A stretch of DNA of 64,000 nucleotides from the human T2T-CHM13v2.0 reference genome, Homo sapiens, in assembly GCF_009914755.1 (NCBI RefSeq), contig NC_060948.1. One strand, 5' to 3'. The notes beneath the pieces are model-generated. The model saw only the letters and a program-made list of their open reading frames with translations. It made no database searches and was not told the DNA's origin. The translations under genes and the position numbers were made by a program. How positions within the stretch are numbered: position 1 is the first letter of the stretch; each line of letters begins with the position of its first letter. This document shows, in pieces, positions 28,485 through 42,730 of the stretch.

Positions 28485-31400
28485 GGCCTGGAATAAAGTG
28501 GAATGCTACGGTCTCGAATGGAATAAAAATGTATGGAATGGAATGCAATGAAACGGAATCGAATGTCATAGAATGTAATGGAATGCAACAAAATGGAATC
28601 CAAAATCATTGACTGGAAAGGCTGGGTGTCGAAAGGAATTGACTCCAATGGAATGGAATCGAATGGAATGGAAGTGAATAGAATCGAACTAAATCGAATG
28701 GAATGGAATTGATAGGAACGGAATGGAAAGGAATGCAATGATTTGGCATGGAATGGAATCGAATGGCATCGAATGGAATGGAATGGAATGCAATGGAATG
28801 GAATGTATTAGAATGTAATGAACTTTAATGGAATGTACTCGAATGGATTCGACTGGAATGGAATGTTCTGGAAGTGAATGGACTCCAATGGAATGGATTC
28901 AAAAGGAATGGAATCGTACGGAATGGAATCTAATGGAATGGAATTAAATGGAAATGAATCAAATTGAATAGCACGGAATTGAATTGAATGGAATGGAATG
29001 CAATGGAATCTAATGAAACGGAAAGGAAAGGAATGGAATGGAATGGAATGGGCTGGAATGGAAAGGAATCGAAACGAATGGAATGGAATCGAACTGAAGA
29101 GACTGGAATGGAATGCACTGGAATGGAAGGGAGTGTAATGGAAGGTTCTCGAAAAAAATGGAATCGAATGGAATGGAATTGAATGGAACGGAATAGAGTC
29201 GAATGGAATTGAATGGAATGGAATGGACTAGAGTGAAATGGAATCGAACCACAAGGAATGGAGAGGAATAGAATGGTCTCGAATTGAATGGAATCGTATG
29301 GAATGGCATCAAACGGAATGGAATGGACAGCCACGGAATGGAATGCACTCGAATGCAATGGAGTCGAAACTAATGGACTGGAATAGAATGGACTCGACTG
29401 GTACGGACTCCAATGGAATGGAATCGAATGGAAGGGAATCGAACGGAATGGACTCGAAGGGAAAAGACTGCAATGGAAAGGTCTCGAATGGAATGGAAAT
29501 TAATGGAATGGAATGGAATCGAATGAAATGGAGTCAAAAGGAATGGAATCGAATGGCAAGAAATCGAATGTAATGGAATCGCAAGGAATTGATGTGAACG
29601 GAACGGAATGGAATGGAATCCAAAGGAATGGAATAGAATGGAATGGAATCGAATGGAAAGGACTCGAATGGAAATCACTCGAATAGAATGCAATTTAATA
29701 AAATAGGATCAAATGTAATGGAATGGAATGGAAAGGAATCGAAACGAAAGGAATGGAGACAGATGGAATGGAATGGAACAGAGAGCAATGGTATAGAATG
29801 GAATGGAATCATCTGGAATGGAATTGAATGGAATGGAATAATATGAAATGGAATGGAATGGAATGGAATGGAATGGAATGGAATGCCCTTGAATTAAATG
29901 GACTGGAATGGAATGGACTCGAACAGAGTGGAATGGAAAGTGTTGAGATAGAATGGAATGGACTCCTTTGGAATGGTCTAGTATGCAATGCAATCGACTG
30001 TCAGGGAATCAAAAGGAATGTAATCGAATGGATTGGACTGGAATGCAATGGACTCGAATAGATTGGAAACGGAATGCAAAGGAATGGAATGGAATAGTAT
30101 GGAATGGAATGGAAAGGAATGGAGTGGAATAGACTAGAGTGGAATGGAATGGACTGGAAAGCAATGGACTGGAATGGAACTTTCTTGAATGGACTGGAAT
30201 CAAACGGAATGGAATGCAATGCAATCAAATGGCATGGAATAAAATAGAATGAAAGAGAATCAAATGGAATTGAATCGAATGGAATCGAATGGATTGTAAA
30301 GGAATAGAATGGAATGGAATGGAATTGACTCAAATGGAATGGACTAGAATGGAATGGATTCGAATGGAAGGCAAAGGAATGGAATCTATTGGAATGGACT
30401 GTAATGGAATGGAATGGAAGGGATTGGAATGGACTCGAATGGAATGGACTGCAATAGAAAGGATTCGAATGGAATGAAAAAGAATTGAATGGAATAGAAC
30501 AGAATGGAATCAAATCGAATGAAATGGAATGGAATAGAAAGGAATGGAATGAAATGGAATGGAAAGGATTCGAATGGAATGCAATCGAATGGAATGGAAT
30601 CGAACGGAATGGAATAAAATGGAAGAAAACTGGCAAGAAATGGAATCGAAATGAATGGAGTGTTATGGAACGGACTCAAAAGGAATTGAATGTAATAGAA
30701 TGGAGTGGAGTGGACTCGAATATAATGGACTGGAATGGAATGAAATCACATGGAATGGGAACGAATGGAATGGAATGGAAAGGAATGGAATCGAATGGAA
30801 AGGAATCGAATGGAAGGGAATGAAATTGAATCAACAGGAATGGAAGGGAATAGAATAGACGGTAATGGAATGGACTCGAATAGAATGGACACGAATGCTC
30901 AAATTGAATGGATTCGAATGGAATGGAAACGAAAGGAATGTCATCGAATGGAATTGAATCGATTGGAATGAAATCGCATAGAATGGAGTGGAATCAAATG
31001 GAATTGAATCGAAAGGAAAGGAAGCGAATGGACTGAAATGAAATGGAATGGAATTGAATGGAAAGTAATGCAATGGAATAGAATGGAACGAAATTTCACG
31101 GAATGGAATCAAACTGAATGGAATCAAATCAATGGAATCTAATCAAATGGAATGGAAAGGAATTGAATGGAGTAGATTGGATTGGATGGGATTGGAATGA
31201 AATGTACTGGAAAGGACTCGAATTTCATGAAACGGAATGGAATGAATTGGAACGGAATGGACTCGAATGGAATGGAATGTCATGGAATGGCATCGAATGG
31301 AATGGCATCAAATGGAATGGAATCGAATGCAATGGAATGTTATGGAATGGAATGGAATGCATTGGAATGGAATGTCCTCTAATGGAATGGATTCGAGTGG

Positions 31401-32048
31401 AATGGAATCGAATATAATGGAGTCGAATGAAATGGAATTGAAAGGAATGGGATCGAATAGAATGGAATATACTGGAATGTAATGTAATGAACACGAATGT
31501 AATTGACTGGAATGGAATGTACATGAATGGAAGGTAATCGAATGGAAAGTAATCCAATGGAATAGAATCTAATGCAATAAAACCGAATCAGATAGAGTAG
31601 AATGTAATGGAATGGAGTGCAGTGCAATGGAATGGAATGGAATTGAATGCAATGGAATGGAATGGAATGGAATGGAATGGAATGGAATGGAATGGTATGG
31701 AAAGGATAGTAATGGACTGGAGTGAAATGGACTGGAAAGGAATGGACTCAAATTGAAAGGGCTCGAAAGGAATGGAGTCAAATGGAATGGTCTGGAATGG
31801 AATGAACACGAATGTAATGCAATCCAATAGAATGGAATCGAATGGCATGGAATATAAAGAAATGGAATCGAAGAGAATGGAAACAAATGGAATGGAATTG
31901 AATGGAATGGAATTGAATGGAATGGGAACGAATGGAGTGAAATTGTATGCAGTAGAAGGGAATAGAATGGAATGCAAGCGAAAGGAAAGGAATGGATTGG
32001 AATGGAATGGAATTCATTGGAATGGAAGGGAATGTAGTATAATGGACA
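28485..32048 (+). repeat. DYZ1 unit 9 (3564 bp), central type
   Basis: GGCC at 28485 and 32049; tract A=7. Confidence 0.9.
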
Positions 32049-35000
32049 GGCCTGGAATAAAGTGGAATGCTACGGTCTCGAATGGAATAAAAATGTATGG
32101 AATGGAATGCAATGAAACGGAATCGAATGTCATAGAATGTAATGGAATGCAACAAAATGGAATCCAAAATCATTGACTGGAAAGGCTGGGTGTCGAAAGG
32201 AATTGACTCCAATGGAATGGAATCGAATGGAATGGAAGTGAATAGAATCGAACTAAATCGAATGGAATGGAATTGATAGGAACGGAATGGAAAGGAATGC
32301 AATGATTTGGCATGGAATGGAATCGAATGGCATCGAATGGAATGGAATGGAATGCAATGGAATGGAATGTATTAGAATGTAATGAACTTTAATGGAATGT
32401 ACTCGAATGGATTCGACTGGAATGGAATGTTCTGGAAGTGAATGGACTCCAATGGAATGGATTCAAAAGGAATGGAATCGTACGGAATGGAATCTAATGG
32501 AATGGAATTAAATGGAAATGAATCAAATTGAATAGCACGGAATTGAATTGAATGGAATGGAATGCAATGGAATCTAATGAAACGGAAAGGAAAGGAATGG
32601 AATGGAATGGAATGGGCTGGAATGGAAAGGAATCGAAACGAATGGAATGGAATCGAACTGAAGAGACTGGAATGGAATGCACTGGAATGGAAGGGAGTGT
32701 AATGGAAGGTTCTCGAAAAAAATGGAATCGAATGGAATGGAATTGAATGGAACGGAATAGAGTCGAATGGAATTGAATGGAATGGAATGGACTAGAGTGA
32801 AATGGAATCGAACCACAAGGAATGGACAGGAATAGAATGGTCTCGAATTGAATGGAATCGTATGGAATGGCATCAAACGGAATGGAATGGACAGCCACGG
32901 AATGGAATGCACTCGAATGCAATGGAGTCGAAACTAATGGACTGGAATAGAATGGACTCGACTGGTACGGACTCCAATGGAATGGAATCGAATGGAAGGG
33001 AATCGAACGGAATGGACTCGAAGGGAAAAGACTGCAATGGAAAGGTCTCGAATGGAATGGAAATTAATGGAATGGAATGGAATCGAATGAAATGGAGTCA
33101 AAAGGAATGGAATCGAATGGCAAGAAATCGAATGTAATGGAATCGCAAGGAATTGATGTGAACGGAACGGAATGGAATGGAATCCAAAGGAATGGAATAG
33201 AATGGAATGGAATCGAATGGAAAGGACTCGAATGGAAATCACTCGAATAGAATGCAATTTAATAAAATAGGATCAAATGTAATGGAATGGAATGGAAAGG
33301 AATCGAAACGAAAGGAATGGAGACAGATGGAATGGAATGGAACAGAGAGCAATGGTATAGAATGGAATGGAATCATCTGGAATGGAATTGAATGGAATGG
33401 AATAATATGAAATGGAATGGAATGGAATGGAATGGAATGGAATGCCCTTGAATTAAATGGACTGGAATGGAATGGACTCGAACAGAGTGGAATGGAAAGT
33501 GTTGAGATAGAATGGAATGGACTCCTTTGGAATGGTCTAGTATGCAATGCAATCGACTGTCAGGGAATCAAAAGGAATGTAATCGAATGGATTGGACTGG
33601 AATGCAATGGACTCGAATAGATTGGAAACGGAATGCAAAGGAATGGAATGGAATAGTATGGAATGGAATGGAAAGGAATGGAGTGGAATAGACTAGAGTG
33701 GAATGGAATGGACTGGAAAGCAATGGACTGGAATGGAACTTTCTTGAATGGACTGGAATCAAACGGAATGGAATGCAATGCAATCAAATGGCATGGAATA
33801 AAATAGAATGAAAGAGAATCAAATGGAATTGAATCGAATGGAATCGAATGGATTGTAAAGGAATAGAATGGAATGGAATGGAATTGACTCAAATGGAATG
33901 GACTAGAATGGAATGGATTCGAATGGAAGGCAAAGGAATGGAATCTATTGGAATGGACTGTAATGGAATGGAATGGAAGGGATTGGAATGGACTCGAATG
34001 GAATGGACTGCAATAGAAAGGATTCGAATGGAGTGAAAAAGAATTGAATGGAATAGAACAGAATGGAATCAAATCGAATGAAATGGAATGGAATAGAAAG
34101 GAATGGAATGAAATGGAATGGAAAGGATTCGAATGGAATGCAATCGAATGGAATGGAATCGAACGGAATGGAATAAAATGGAAGAAAACTGGCAAGAAAT
34201 GGAATCGAAATGAATGGAGTGTTATGGAACGGACTCAAAAGGAATTGAATGTAATAGAATGGAGTGGAGTGGACTCGAATATAATGGACTGGAATGGAAT
34301 GAAATCACATGGAATGGGAACGAATGGAATGGAATGGAAAGGAATGGAATCGAATGGAAAGGAATCGAATGGAAGGGAATGAAATTGAATCAACAGGAAT
34401 GGAAGGGAATAGAATAGACGGTAATGGAATGGACTCGAATAGAATGGACACGAATGCTCAAATTGAATGGATTCGAATGGAATGGAAACGAAAGGAATGT
34501 CATCGAATGGAATTGAATCGATTGGAATGAAATCGCATAGAATGGAGTGGAATCAAATGGAATTGAATCGAAAGGAAAGGAAGCGAATGGACTGAAATGA
34601 AATGGAATGGAATTGAATGGAAAGTAATGCAATGGAATAGAATGGAACGAAATTTCACGGAATGGAATCAAACTGAATGGAATCAAATCAATGGAATCTA
34701 ATCAAATGGAATGGAAAGGAATTGAATGGAGTAGATTGGATTGGATGGGATTGGAATGAAATGTACTGGAAAGGACTCGAATTTCATGAAACGGAATGGA
34801 ATGAATTGGAACGGAATGGACTCGAATGGAATGGAATGTCATGGAATGGCATCGAATGGAATGGCATCAAATGGAATGGAATCGAATGCAATGGAATGTT
34901 ATGGAATGGAATGGAATGCATTGGAATGGAATGTCCTCTAATGGAATGGATTCGAGTGGAATGGAATCGAATATAATGGAGTCGAATGAAATGGAATTGA

Positions 35001-35617
35001 AAGGAATGGGATCGAATAGAATGGAATATACTGGAATGTAATGTAATGAACACGAATGTAATTGACTGGAATGGAATGTACATGAATGGAAGGTAATCGA
35101 ATGGAAAGTAATCCAATGGAATAGAATCTAATGCAATAAAACCGAATCAGATAGAGTAGAATGTAATGGAATGGAGTGCAGTGCAATGGAATGGAATGGA
35201 ATTGAATGCAATGGAATGGAATGGAATGGAATGGAATGGAATGGAATGGAATGGAATGGAATGGTATGGAATGGATAGTAATGGACTGGAGTGAAATGGA
35301 CTGGAAAGGAATGGACTCAAATTGAAAGGGCTCGAAAGGAATGGAGTCAAATGGAATGGTCTGGAATGGAATGAACACGAATGTAATGCAATCCAATAGA
35401 ATGGAATCGAATGGCATGGAATATAAAGAAATGGAATCGAAGAGAATGGAAACAAATGGAATGGAATTGAATGGAATGGAATTGAATGGAATGGGAACGA
35501 ATGGAGTGAAATTGTATGCAGTAGAAGGGAATAGAATGGAATGCAAGCGAAAGGAAAGGAATGGATTGGAATGGAATGGAATTCATTGGAATGGAAGGGA
35601 ATGTAGTGTAATGGACA
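32049..35617 (+). repeat. DYZ1 unit 10 (3569 bp), central type
   Basis: GGCC at 32049 and 35618; tract A=6, tract B=10. Confidence 0.9.
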
Positions 35618-38600
35618 GGCCTGGAATAAAGTGGAATGCTACGGTCTCGAATGGAATAAAAATGTATGGAATGGAATGCAATGAAACGGAATCGAATGTC
35701 ATAGAATGTAATGGAATGCAACAAAATGGAATCCAAAATCATTGACTGGAAAGGCTGGGTGTCGAAAGGAATTGACTCCAATGGAATGGAATCGAATGGA
35801 ATGGAAGTGAATAGAATCGAACTAAATCGAATGGAATGGAATTGATAGGAACGGAATGGAAAGGAATGCAATGATTTGGCATGGAATGGAATCGAATGGC
35901 ATCGAATGGAATGGAATGGAATGCAATGGAATGGAATGTATTAGAATGGAATGAACTTTAATGGAATGTACTCGAATGGATTCGACTGGAATGGAATGTT
36001 CTGGAAGTGAATGGACTCCAATGGAATGGATTCAAAAGGAATGGAATCGTACGGAATGGAATCTAATGGAATGGAATTAAATGGAAATGAATCAAATTGA
36101 ATAGCACGGAATTGAATTGAATGGAATGGAATGCAATGGAATCTAATGAAACGGAAAGGAAAGGAATGGAATGGAATGGAATGGGCTGGAATGGAAAGGA
36201 ATCGAAACGAATGGAATGGAATCGAACTGAAGAGACTGGAATGGAATGCACTGGAATGGAAGGGAGTGTAATGGAAGGTTCTCGAAAAAAATGGAATCGA
36301 ATGGAATGGAATTGAATGGAACGGAATAGAGTCGAATGGAATTGAATGGAATGGAATGGACTAGAGTGAAATGGAATCGAACCACAAGGAATGGACAGGA
36401 ATAGAATGGTCTCGAATTGAATGGAATCGTATGGAATGGCATCAAACGGAATGGAATGGACAGCCACGGAATGGAATGCACTCGAATGCAATGGAGTCGA
36501 AACTAATGGACTGGAATAGAATGGACTCGACTGGTACGGACTCCAATGGAATGGAATCGAATGGAAGGGAATCGAACGGAATGGACTCGAAGGGAAAAGA
36601 CTGCAATGGAAAGGTCTCGAATGGAATGGAAATTAATGGAATGGAATGGAATCGAATGAAATGGAGTCAAAAGGAATGGAATCGAATGGCAAGAAATCGA
36701 ATGTAATGGAATCGCAAGGAATTGATGTGAACAGAACGGAATGGAATGGAATCCAAAGGAATGGAATAGAATGGAATGGAATCGAATGGAAAGGACTCGA
36801 ATGGAAATCACTCGAATAGAATGCAATTTAATAAAATAGGATCAAATGTAATGGAATGGAATGGAAAGGAATCGAAACGAAAGGAATGGAGACAGATGGA
36901 ATGGAATGGAACAGAGAGCAATGGTATAGAATGGAATGGAATCATCTGGAATGGAATTGAATGGAATGGAATAATATGAAATGGAATGGAATGGAATGGA
37001 ATGGAATGCCCTTGAATTAAATGGACTGGAATGGAATGGACTCGAACAGAGTGGAATGGAAAGTGTTGAGATAGAATGGAATGGACTCCTTTGGAATGGT
37101 CTAGTATGCAATGCAATCGACTGTCAGGGAATCAAAAGGAATGTAATCGAATGGATTGGACTGGAATGCAATGGACTCGAATAGATTGGAAACGGAATGC
37201 AAAGGAATGGAATGGAATAGTATGGAATGGAATGGAAAGGAATGGAGTGGAATAGACTAGAGTGGAATGGAATGGACTGGAAAGCAATGGACTGGAATGG
37301 AACTTTCTTGAATGGACTGGAATCAAACGGAATGGAATGCAATGCAATCAAATGGCATGGAATAAAATAGAATGAAAGAGAATCAAATGGAATTGAATCG
37401 AATGGAATCGAATGGATTGTAAAGGAATAGAATGGAATGGAATGGAATTGACTCAAATGGAATGGACTAGAATGGAATGGATTCGAATGGAAGGCAAAGG
37501 AATGGAATCTATTGGAATGGACTGTAATGGAATGGAATGGAAGGGATTGGAATGGACTCGAATGGAATGGACTGCAATAGAAAGGATTCGAATGGAATGA
37601 AAAAGAATTGAATGGAATAGAACAGAATGGAATCAAATCGAATGAAATGGAATGGAATAGAAAGGAATGGAATGAAATGGAATGGAAAGGATTCGAATGG
37701 AATGCAATCGAATGGAATGGAATCGAACGGAATGGAATAAAATGGAAGAAAACTGGCAAGAAATGGAATCGAAATGAATGGAGTGTTATGGAACGGACTC
37801 AAAAGGAATTGAATGTAATAGAATGGAGTGGAGTGGACTCGAATATAATGGACTGGAATGGAATGAAATCACATGGAATGGGAACGAATGGAATGGAATG
37901 GAAAGGAATGGACTCGAATGGAAAGGAATCGAATGGAAGGGAATGAAATTGAATCAACAGGAATGGAAGGGAATAGAATAGACGGTAATGGAATGGACTC
38001 GAATAGAATGGACACGAATGCTCAAATTGAATGGATTCGAATGGAATGGAAACGAAAGGAATGTCATCGAATGGAATTGAATCGATTGGAATGAAATCGC
38101 ATAGAATGGAGTGGAATCAAATGGAATTGAATCGAAAGGAAAGGAAGCGAATGGACTGAAATGAAATGGAATGGAATTGAATGGAAAGTAATGCAATGGA
38201 ATAGAATGGAACGAAATTTCACGGAATGGAATCAAACTGAATGGAATCAAATCAATGGAATCTAATCAAATGGAATGGAAAGGAATTGAATGGAGTAGAT
38301 TGGATTGGATGGGATTGGAATGAAATGTACTGGAAAGGACTCGAATTTCATGAAACGGAATGGAATGAATTGGAACGGAATGGACTCGAATGGAATGGAA
38401 TGTCATGGAATGGCATCGAATGGAATGGCATCAAATGGAATGGAATCGAATGCAATGGAATGTTATGGAATGGAATGGAATGCATTGGAATGGAATGTCC
38501 TCTAATGGAATGGATTCGAGTGGAATGGAATCGAATATAATGGAGTCGAATGAAATGGAATTGAAAGGAATGGGATCGAATAGAATGGAATATACTGGAA

Positions 38601-39176
38601 TGTAATGTAATGAACACGAATGTAATTGACTGGAATGGAATGTACATGAATGGAAGGTAATCGAATGGAAAGTAATCCAATGGAATAGAATCTAATGCAA
38701 TAAAACCGAATCAGATAGAGTAGAATGTAATGGAATGGAGTGCAGTGCAATGGAATGGAATGGAATTGAATGCAATGGAATGGAATGGAATGGAATGGAA
38801 TGGAATGGAATGGAATGGAATGGTATGGAATGGATAGTAATGGACTGGAGTGAAATGGACTGGAAAGGAATGGACTCAAATTGAAAGGGCTCGAAAGGAA
38901 TGGAGTCAAATGGAATGGTCTGGAATGGAATGAACACGAATGTAATGCAATCCAATAGAATGGAATCGAATGGCATGGAATATAAAGAAATGGAATCGAA
39001 GAGAATGGAAACAAATGGAATGGAATTGAATGGAATGGAATTGAATGGAATGGGAACGAATGGAGTGAAATTGTATGCAGTAGAAGGGAATAGAATGGAA
39101 TGCAAGCGAAAGGAAAGGAATGGATTGGAATGGAATGGAATTCATTGGAATGGAAGGGAATGTAGTGTAATGGACA
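35618..39176 (+). repeat. DYZ1 unit 11 (3559 bp), central type
   Basis: GGCC at 35618 and 39177; tract B=9. Confidence 0.9.
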
Positions 39177-42100
39177 GGCCTGGAATAAAGTGGAATGCTA
39201 CGGTCTCGAATGGAATAAAAATGTATGGAATGGAATGCAATGAAACGGAATCGAATGTCATAGAATGTAATGGAATGCAACAAAATGGAATCCAAAATCA
39301 TTGACTGGAAAGGCTGGGTGTCGAAAGGAATTGACTCCAATGGAATGGAATCGAATGGAATGGAAGTGAATAGAATCGAACTAAATCGAATGGAATGGAA
39401 TTGATAGGAACGGAATGGAAAGGAATGCAATGATTTGGCATGGAATGGAATCGAATGGCATCGAATGGAATGGAATGGAATGCAATGGAATGGAATGTAT
39501 TAGAATGGAATGAACTTTAATGGAATGTACTCGAATGGATTCGACTGGAATGGAATGTTCTGGAAGTGAATGGACTCCAATGGAATGGATTCAAAAGGAA
39601 TGGAATCGTACGGAATGGAATCTAATGGAATGGAATTAAATGGAAATGAATCAAATTGAATAGCACGGAATTGAATTGAATGGAATGGAATGCAATGGAA
39701 TCTAATGAAACGGAAAGGAAAGGAATGGAATGGAATGGAATGGGCTGGAATGGAAAGGAATCGAAACGAATGGAATGGAATCGAACTGAAGAGACTGGAA
39801 TGGAATGCACTGGAATGGAAGGGAGTGTAATGGAAGGTTCTCGAAAAAAATGGAATGGAATGGAATGGAATTGAATGGAACGGAATAGAGTCGAATGGAA
39901 TTGAATGGAATGGAATGGACTAGAGTGAAATGGAATCGAACCACAAGGAATGGACAGGAATAGAATGGTCTCGAATTGAATGGAATCGTATGGAATGGCA
40001 TCAAACGGAATGGAATGGACAGCCACGGAATGGAATGCACTCGAATGCAATGGAGTCGAAACTAATGGACTGGAATAGAATGGACTCGACTGGTACGGAC
40101 TCCAATGGAATGGAATCGAATGGAAGGGAATCGAACGGAATGGACTCGAAGGGAAAAGACTGCAATGGAAAGGTCTCGAATGGAATGGAAATTAATGGAA
40201 TGGAATGGAATCGAATGAAATGGAGTCAAAAGGAATGGAATCGAATGGCAAGAAATCGAATGTAATGGAATCGCAAGGAATTGATGTGAACGGAACGGAA
40301 TGGAATGGAATCCAAAGGAATGGAATAGAATGGAATGGAATCGAATGGAAAGGACTCGAATGGAAATCACTCGAATAGAATGCAATTTAATAAAATAGGA
40401 TCAAATGTAATGGAATGGAATGGAAAGGAATCGAAACGAAAGGAATGGAGACAGATGGAATGGAATGGAACAGAGAGCAATGGTATAGAATGGAATGGAA
40501 TCATCTGGAATGGAATTGAATGGAATGGAATAATATGAAATGGAATGGAATGGAATGGAATGGAATGCCCTTGAATTAAATGGACTGGAATGGAATGGAC
40601 TCGAACAGAGTGGAATGGAAAGTGTTGAGATAGAATGGAATGGACTCCTTTGGAATGGTCTAGTATGCAATGCAATCGACTGTCAGGGAATCAAAAGGAA
40701 TGTAATCGAATGGATTGGACTGGAATGCAATGGACTCGAATAGATTGGAAACGGAATGCAAAGGAATGGAATGGAATAGTATGGAATGGAATGGAAAGGA
40801 ATGGAGTGGAATAGACTAGAGTGGAATGGAATGGACTGGAAAGCAATGGACTGGAATGGAACTTTCTTGAATGGACTGGAATCAAACGGAATGGAATGCA
40901 ATGCAATCAAATGGCATGGAATAAAATAGAATGAAAGAGAATGAAATGGAATTGAATCGAATGGAATCGAATGGATTGTAAAGGAATAGAATGGAATGGA
41001 ATGGAATTGACTCAAATGGAATGGACTAGAATGGAATGGATTCGAATGGAAGGCAAAGGAATGGAATCTATTGGAATGGACTGTAATGGAATGGAATGGA
41101 AGGGATTGGAATGGACTCGAATGGAATGGACTGCAATAGAAAGGATTCGAATGGAATGAAAAAGAATTGAATGGAATAGAACAGAATGGAATCAAATCGA
41201 ATGAAATGGAATGGAATAGAAAGGAATGGAATGAAATGGAATGGAAAGGATTCGAATGGAATGCAATCGAATGGAATGGAATCGAACGGAATGGAATAAA
41301 ATGGAAGAAAACTGGCAAGAAATGGAATCGAAATGAATGGAGTGTTATGGAACGGACTCAAAAGGAATTGAATGTAATAGAATGGAGTGGAGTGGACTCG
41401 AATATAATGGACTGGAATGGAATGAAATCACATGGAATGGGAACGAATGGAATGGAATGGAAAGGAATGGAATCGAATGGAAAGGAATCGAATGGAAGGG
41501 AATGAAATTGAATCAACAGGAATGGAAGGGAATAGAATAGACGGTAATGGAATGGACTCGAATAGAATGGACACGAATGCTCAAATTGAATGGATTCGAA
41601 TGGAATGGAAACGAAAGGAATGTCATCGAATGGAATTGAATCGATTGGAATGAAATCGCATAGAATGGAGTGGAATCAAATGGAATTGAATCGAAAGGAA
41701 AGGAAGCGAATGGACTGAAATGAAATGGAATGGAATTGAATGGAAAGTAATGCAATGGAATAGAATGGAACGAAATTTCACGGAATGGAATCAAACTGAA
41801 TGGAATCAAATCAATGGAATCTAATCAAATGGAATGGAAAGGAATTGAATGGAGTAGATTGGATTGGATGGGATTGGAATGAAATGTACTGGAAAGGACT
41901 CGAATTTCATGAAACGGAATGGAATGAATTGGAACGGAATGGACTCGAATGGAATGGAATGTCATGGAATGGCATCGAATGGAATGGCATCAAATGGAAT
42001 GGAATCGAATGCAATGGAATGTTATGGAATGGAATGGAATGCATTGGAATGGAATGTCCTCTAATGGAATGGATTCGAGTGGAATGGAATCGAATATAAT

Positions 42101-42730
42101 GGAGTCGAATGAAATGGAATTGAAAGGAATGGGATCGAATAGAATGGAATATACTGGAATGTAATGTAATGAACACGAATGTAATTGACTGGAATGGAAT
42201 GTACATGAATGGAAGGTAATCGAATGGAAAGTAATCCAATGGAATAGAATCTAATGCAATAAAACCGAATCAGATAGAGTAGAATGTAATGGAATGGAGT
42301 GCAGTGCAATGGAATGGAATGGAATTGAATGCAATGGAATGGAATGGAATGGAATGGAATGGAATGGAATGGAATGGTATGGAAAGGATAGTAATGGACT
42401 GGAGTGAAATGGACTGGAAAGGAATGGACTCAAATTGAAAGGGCTCGAAAGGAATGGAGTCAAATGGAATGGTCTGGAATGGAATGAACACGAATGTAAT
42501 GCAATCCAATAGAATGGAATCGAATGGCATGGAATATAAAGAAATGGAATCGAAGAGAATGGAAACAAATGGAATGGAATTGAATGGAATGGAATTGAAT
42601 GGAATGGGAACGAATGGAGTGAAATTGTATGCAGTAGAAGGGAATAGAATGGAATGCAAGCGAAAGGAAAGGAATGGATTGGAATGGAATGGAATTCATT
42701 GGAATGGAAGGGAATGTAGTGTAATGGACA
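39177..42730 (+). repeat. DYZ1 unit 12 (3554 bp), central type
   Basis: GGCC at 39177 and 42731. Confidence 0.9.
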